Source: Rickettsiales bacterium (GTDB taxonomy: Bacteria > Pseudomonadota > Alphaproteobacteria > Rickettsiales > UBA998). From it: a stretch of 64,000 nt of DNA. The position numbers and the translations under genes were made by a program. Shown one piece after another: positions 58,931 to 64,000 of this stretch. The notes under the pieces were generated by a model. That model saw only the letters and a program-made list of their open reading frames with translations, searched no databases and was not told where the DNA came from. The stretch covers positions 64,904 through 128,903 of the forward strand of contig DAIPJH010000006.1 in NCBI GenBank assembly GCA_036770365.1, given 5' to 3'. Positions within the stretch are counted from its first letter, which is position 1. Every line of letters starts with the position of its first letter.

Positions 58931-59398
58931 ATGAAAATTACGACCAGTTTATTGACCCACCGCGTTAGCATGTCCGATTCTTACAACCCATCATTTCAGT
59001 CAGAGTCTCCTGCCGATGTCATGGCACGCAAGGCCTGTGAAAAAGCCGCGATGAAACAAAATGCCCTTGCTTTTTCCATCAGCCAAGATGATGTGGTCAT
59101 CACCGCTGTTTCCGCTGCCCTCTCTCGCGCACTCACCGACCCCAAATTCAATGCCCTGCCGGAAAAACAAAAAACAGAAGCCGCTTCACGTTTGGCAGAG
59201 CAATACATGCATGGACAACGTTTGGTACAAGCTCTCACTAGTGCAATGAACAACCCTTCAACACTAGCAACCCAGCTAAAGTTCAATTCTCGTGAAGATG
59301 ATACAATTGCCAATGTCTTTGAAACCATCATTGATTCTACTCGTCCAAAGCTAACTCCCGAATCGTCGCAAATGGCATTCATTGGGATAATGCAGTAG
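58931..59398 (+). CDS. Hypothetical protein inserted in the head module
   Basis: 155-aa helical ORF on the opposite strand, overlapping the protease stop. Confidence 0.55.
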   Translation: MKITTSLLTHRVSMSDSYNPSFQSESPADVMARKACEKAAMKQNALAFSISQDDVVITAVSAALSRALTDPKFNALPEKQKTEAASRLAEQYMHGQRLVQALTSAMNNPSTLATQLKFNSREDDTIANVFETIIDSTRPKLTPESSQMAFIGIMQ

Positions 59399-59924
59399 CC
59401 TCCTGAATCAAACGCAGCAAACGATCTGCCGCTTGTATAAATTCTGGTGAGGTCTCATCATATGCATTGGAATGTGCCGTTTTTACCACCGTTACCTTAG
59501 CCTCTGGATTAGATGGAAACGTCACCAATGAAATTTCCCACAATTTAAGGGATTTGATTTCACGCACGCGAGTATCTGGATTCATGACATAGCGCACCGG
59601 CGAATAACCGATCGATAACCCTGTGATCGCACCACTTTTCAATAATGCATACGCATCCCGCGCCCGCGTCACGTCTAATAGCAACCGACCTCGCATAAAA
59701 AGCCCATGCGTATCTTCGTAAAGCTGCTCAATCACACCAATTGGCTCCGCCGTATCATGTTGCCATAACAATTTGATATCTTCAGGACGTGTAAATGCGA
59801 GTGTTTCGGCAAATGCACCACGCATCACCACATCACGTTGCGCATCGACCACATCAAAGACGCTACCATACCCCACAAATACTCCCACCTCATCAACAGA
59901 TTTAATGGATAGCTCACAGGACAT
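59379..59924 (-). CDS. HK97-family prohead protease (RcGTA g4-like)
   Basis: FVGYGSVFD..D.V.RGAF, LLWQHD..PIG, GLSIGY and EISLVTFPSN motifs; start uncertain. Confidence 0.93.
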   Translation of the reverse strand: MSCELSIKSVDEVGVFVGYGSVFDVVDAQRDVVMRGAFAETLAFTRPEDIKLLWQHDTAEPIGVIEQLYEDTHGLFMRGRLLLDVTRARDAYALLKSGAITGLSIGYSPVRYVMNPDTRVREIKSLKLWEISLVTFPSNPEAKVTVVKTAHSNAYDETSPEFIQAADRLLRLIQEATALSQ

Positions 59925-60041
59925 TGTCGCATGTTCACACATCGACTGACTAATTTTTCGTTCGTAAAACATATAACTCTCCAGTTACAAGTTGTAAGTT
60001 ATGCGTTATGATTATGCTTACTGAGAACTCAGGACTCATAA

Positions 60042-61280
60042 CTAATTAACACCAAACACCAGCTTTCTCTTCTCATCCGCCGACAGGAAATCTGCATCCT
60101 TGACACGACTCCACAGACTTTCACGACGCGGACTAAGTGCGCTGATAGACTCTGTATCCGCACTTAAGGTCAGACGGTGGTCAAACATGGGACATAACCA
60201 CCCATTGAGCGACGACAACGTATTGTCTAACATTGGCAAAATGGTCTGCTCCCATAACGCAAGCCGTGCTTCTGCCAAATTCGCATAAGTATTATCCCCT
60301 GTAATCCCCAAGAGTTGCGGCGGCACTCCAAATGCCAGCGCGATCTCACGCGCCGCAGCATTACGCGCTTCTAAAAAATCCATATCTTTCGGACTAAGGC
60401 TCATTTCACGCCAATCCAATCCACCTTCTAAGAGCAGTGGACGCCCCGCATTATGCGAGCCTGAGAATTGTTCATCGACTTGCGTTTTGATACGATAATA
60501 TTGATCTTCCGTGAGTTGACCACTACCGCCATCCCCCGCACGCACCACCAACGCACCACTTGGACGCGCACCATTTTGCAAGAGTGCCTGATTCCATGCG
60601 GATGATTGATTATGCTGATCAATACTATAGGCAGCAGCCTCCACGGGCGATAACCCATACCAATCATCGTTCGGATGAAACTCTTTGATATGCAATACTC
60701 GTGATACACCAGTAATGCTATCAACAGGAAAATCCGTGGCATTTTCTCCCACTTGATAACGATACGCTGCGGGAACACCACCTCGTCCTGCTAAAATCGT
60801 CACACGGTCGGGGCGCAACAAATGCAATTCACGTGGAGCTTCCCCCATAGGCGATACTGCCTGAATATAAACATTTCCCGCGATCAAACGATAATGCGTC
60901 AATTTTTCAAAAAAACCTTTACCAGATTCTAGTGGTGACGGCTTAGCGATCAACGCAGCAAGAGGATGGCTGGCATCCACCACCCGCCCATCACCATCGC
61001 GCACCAACACAGTAACACTTGCCAACCCCTTTGCGATCATCATCATCGCCGCATGGGCAACCACGTTACGCGTATAGGCTTCCTCAGCGAAACGGCGATA
61101 GGTACGCCCAGACCACACAGGCTGCATTGGCGGTTGAAGATAGGATTGCACCGAACCATACCAGCTTGGCACAGCCATCTTAACATCAGGCGGCGTCGCC
61201 ACTGCCTGCTTATTGAATAATATCTGTGATAATCTTTCAGAGAACCGCGTCCTCTGTTGTAATGTTGCCGCCATAGCCAC
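60042..61280 (-). CDS. HK97-family portal protein (RcGTA g3-like)
   Basis: LHLLRPDRV, FHPNDDWYGLSP, ALLQNGARPSGAL, LLEGGLDW, SPKDMDF and FGVPPQLLG motifs. Confidence 0.94.
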   Translation of the reverse strand: MAMAATLQQRTRFSERLSQILFNKQAVATPPDVKMAVPSWYGSVQSYLQPPMQPVWSGRTYRRFAEEAYTRNVVAHAAMMMIAKGLASVTVLVRDGDGRVVDASHPLAALIAKPSPLESGKGFFEKLTHYRLIAGNVYIQAVSPMGEAPRELHLLRPDRVTILAGRGGVPAAYRYQVGENATDFPVDSITGVSRVLHIKEFHPNDDWYGLSPVEAAAYSIDQHNQSSAWNQALLQNGARPSGALVVRAGDGGSGQLTEDQYYRIKTQVDEQFSGSHNAGRPLLLEGGLDWREMSLSPKDMDFLEARNAAAREIALAFGVPPQLLGITGDNTYANLAEARLALWEQTILPMLDNTLSSLNGWLCPMFDHRLTLSADTESISALSPRRESLWSRVKDADFLSADEKRKLVFGVN

Positions 61281-61340
61281 CCCTTCTCGTTACTGCTTTA
61301 GTAACACTTATGGGGTGAAGTTACGGCTATGCGGAAGGGA

Positions 61341-63017
61341 CTATTTTAAAGGCCCATATTTCCCCAGTGCGTTAGCAAGCGGCGCAAGCTGTTTTTCATA
61401 AAGCCGCCATTTTTCTACCGAGGTATTATAGAGCGGTTTTTTAACCTGACCCGCACTTGCAGTCATCACACTACGTTCAGTTTTATGAAATTCTAAGACC
61501 GCATCATTCCAAGGAAGCTCACAAAAATCTAATAACTTCCGAGCCTCTTCTTCAAAATTACCGACAAAGGTTTCATAATGCACATCGTGAATCCAATCCG
61601 GATAGATCTCATGCCAAAAATCCATTAAGGCACGGTATTCTTGATAGTAATGCCCAATATTTTCTAGATCATAGGCATAATCATGCCGCCCGCCAAAACT
61701 ATAACTGTAGATCGACAAACCGTTATCCATAGGATTACGCGTACAATGAATGATCTTTGCATTAGGGAAGATGCGCTTAATAACCCCGAGATACAAGAAA
61801 TTCTGGGGCATTTTATCAACCACAATTGGCAAACCAGCAGAACGTTTTTTAGCTTCTGTGGCATAAGATTGCGCCATTTTATTCAACATGGGCTTACCCA
61901 TTTCATCCAGCGATGTAATATAGAGTGGATAAGGAACAGGAAAGGATGGCGCAATATCTTGTGCTATCATTTTATGCATGTAAGGTAACTCTCCTGCACC
62001 AAACACTCCTTCCACAGTAGATAGCACCTGCTCAGTCAACGACGTACCAGAACGCGGCATCCCAACAATGAAAATGGGTTTAAAATCAGGGATTTCATCT
62101 GCCACCACGTAACCTTGCTCATGCGCCGCTTTAAAATGCTGTTTGGTCTGCCGAAACAACATGTCAAAGCTTTCACGATCATAAGTAAAAGTACTTTGGC
62201 GCAAGCGATTACCAATATCCAAACATTCAAATGCCTTGTCATAAAGTTTATGTTTTTGATACAGATGAAACATAGCAAATGCCAAATTGATCATATTCAA
62301 AAACTGTGTATCCTTACCATGGAGCAACTTTTCCGCATGCACAACCAAAGGATCATCCAATTCCAATTTATCTGTATAAATTAAAGTCTTAATAAAGTCC
62401 GTTTGATCTGGGTGCAACGCGATCTGATGGCGACATATCTCCGCTGCTTCTTCCAATTTTCCCGCAACATAATAGGCATTCGATAACATCACCCCAAGGT
62501 CACTATCTTGAGGATAAAATTTCATCCCCATACCATAGATTTTAATCGCCGATTCATAATCACCTTTTTCTGAGAAGGCGTGTGCCAAATGCAAAAAATT
62601 CTCAGCAGATTGATGAATCTTCAATGCTTGGTTAAATGCATGCACAGCTTCATCCATCGCAAGTAATGACTGTAAAACGACCCCGTATTGACGCCACAAC
62701 ACCTCATCATTCGCCCGAATTGCCACCGCACGCTTAAAATAATTGGCAGCCTCCCAAAAATCACCTCGTGAAACCGTGACCATCGCCAAAAAATGGAGTG
62801 CATCCACATCATTAGGATTGGCTTTAAGAGCGGCCTTCATAGAGTCAACACGCTCCAAGCCACTACTAATATCAGACATGGCCTTTTGCATGCGCAATTT
62901 GATCTCATGGGCTTTATCCATATTCCCAAGCTGCTCATAAAAATTGATCTCGTTCTTAAAACAATTCACATGTTCTTCGAGCGTCAGTCTTCTGTTATGT
63001 ACGGATGTCGCAACCAT
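61341..63017 (-). CDS. TPR-repeat sulfotransferase
   Basis: N-terminal TPRs; IFIVGMPRSGTSLTEQ (PAPS binding), DKMPQNF and IIHCTRNPMD motifs. Confidence 0.9.
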   Translation of the reverse strand: MVATSVHNRRLTLEEHVNCFKNEINFYEQLGNMDKAHEIKLRMQKAMSDISSGLERVDSMKAALKANPNDVDALHFLAMVTVSRGDFWEAANYFKRAVAIRANDEVLWRQYGVVLQSLLAMDEAVHAFNQALKIHQSAENFLHLAHAFSEKGDYESAIKIYGMGMKFYPQDSDLGVMLSNAYYVAGKLEEAAEICRHQIALHPDQTDFIKTLIYTDKLELDDPLVVHAEKLLHGKDTQFLNMINLAFAMFHLYQKHKLYDKAFECLDIGNRLRQSTFTYDRESFDMLFRQTKQHFKAAHEQGYVVADEIPDFKPIFIVGMPRSGTSLTEQVLSTVEGVFGAGELPYMHKMIAQDIAPSFPVPYPLYITSLDEMGKPMLNKMAQSYATEAKKRSAGLPIVVDKMPQNFLYLGVIKRIFPNAKIIHCTRNPMDNGLSIYSYSFGGRHDYAYDLENIGHYYQEYRALMDFWHEIYPDWIHDVHYETFVGNFEEEARKLLDFCELPWNDAVLEFHKTERSVMTASAGQVKKPLYNTSVEKWRLYEKQLAPLANALGKYGPLK

Positions 63018-63097
63018 AATATTTACCTAATCATGCATGTTGATATGTCTAACTAGACATGAGACAAAACACTTTGCAAGAAAAATGCCGCAAGACA

Positions 63098-64000
63098 TCA
63101 CGAGAAGGCATAGGCAAGATCTTCCAACAGATCTTCTGCCTGTTCAATACCAACAGACAAACGTATCAACCCATCATCAATGCCGATTTTATGTCGTATT
63201 TCCGCGGGGATCGAAGCATGTGTCATCAATGCTGGAGACTCTATCAAACTTTCAATACCACCCAAACTTTCTGCAAGCGTAAACACATGAGTACGGGTCA
63301 GCGCACGCTGCGCCGCTTCCAACCCTCCTTTTAGCACCACCGAGATCATCCCGCCAAAACCATACATTTGTTTAAGTGCGAGCGCATGCTGTGGATGCGA
63401 TGGCAAACCGGGATAAAACACGCGTGCCACCGCGGAGTGCTGCTCCAACCACTGCGCAAGAATAAGTGCATTGCTCGTATGACGTTCCATACGCAGCCCC
63501 AAAGTTTTAACACCACGATGCGCCAAAAAACTATCGAACGGACTTGCGATCGCCCCCACCGCATTTTGCAAAAACCCTATTTTGTCACGTAAAGCAGGGT
63601 TATCCCCTACTACTGCCATGCCGCCAATAATGTCTGAATGTCCGTTGATATATTTGGTAGCAGAATGCACGACAACATCAAACCCATGAGATAACGGTCT
63701 TTGAATATAGGGTGTTGCAAACGTATTATCCGCCACACTTATCACCCCATACTCTTTGGCAATCGTCGCCACCGCCTCTAAATCCACTAATTTTAACAAA
63801 GGATTGGTGGGGGTTTCCACCCAAAGCATCTTGGTGTTAGGACGCATAGCCGCACGAAGCAACTCAGGATCAGTCAAATCCACATAAGATACCTCCAAAT
63901 GAGCAGAATATTTACGCACTCGCTCAAACAAACGGTACGTCCCACCGTAAAGATCATCCATCGCGATCACATGCGACCCCGCCTCTAACAATTCCAGCAC
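63098..64000 (-). CDS. Cystathionine gamma-synthase/lyase (Cys/Met metabolism PLP enzyme), 5'-truncated by window edge
   Basis: LYGGT, VETPTNP, DNTFATP, HSATKYINGHSD, AESLGG and IRLSVGIE motifs. Confidence 0.93.
   Translation of the reverse strand: MLELLEAGSHVIAMDDLYGGTYRLFERVRKYSAHLEVSYVDLTDPELLRAAMRPNTKMLWVETPTNPLLKLVDLEAVATIAKEYGVISVADNTFATPYIQRPLSHGFDVVVHSATKYINGHSDIIGGMAVVGDNPALRDKIGFLQNAVGAIASPFDSFLAHRGVKTLGLRMERHTSNALILAQWLEQHSAVARVFYPGLPSHPQHALALKQMYGFGGMISVVLKGGLEAAQRALTRTHVFTLAESLGGIESLIESPALMTHASIPAEIRHKIGIDDGLIRLSVGIEQAEDLLEDLAYAFS

Noticed and set aside
22815-61280. Intact prophage
   Set aside because: No integrase, att-like repeats, tail or lysis genes; the phage genes are interleaved with core housekeeping genes.
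1-64000. CRISPR array, rRNA or tRNA
   Set aside because: No regularly spaced repeat-spacer pattern or RNA gene signature seen; tandem repeats are in-frame coding repeats (RTX, curlin, propeller).

Overview
A 64-kb piece of an alphaproteobacterial chromosome with moderately low GC. The flgF-flgG-flgA-flgH order, GapR/DUF2312, phaAB, ZapE and dispersed GTA-type head genes suggest a flagellated, deep-branching Rickettsiales-like organism (inference). A housekeeping backbone (parC, folE, maf, ubiE, cyaY, trxA, panC, ispH, ftsY, pabB, mtgA, Cys/Met PLP enzyme) is interleaved with three accessory layers. (1) Orphan proteins, many with charged C-terminal tails; four of their loci carry a Pho-box-type promoter (TGTCAT-N5-TGTCAT-N10-TAnnnT) and two more carry weaker versions. 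One is a 926-aa fusion of a HAM1/ITPase-like domain with three LOG/SLOG-like domains. (2) An extracellular-matrix set: two curlin paralogues with duplicated promoter and terminator, an Azotobacter AlgE-type mannuronan C5-epimerase/lyase with intact catalytic motif, and four more RTX proteins; four of the five RTX-class genes are preceded by TTAA-N7-TTAA (CtrA-type) sites. (3) Split phage-derived genes: terminase at 23 kb, portal/protease/HK97 capsid at 57-61 kb, and a lone DUF1376 replication-initiator gene with internal 15-bp repeats. I saw no rRNA, tRNA, CRISPR array, integrase or transposase. All calls come from motif recognition; no database search was run.
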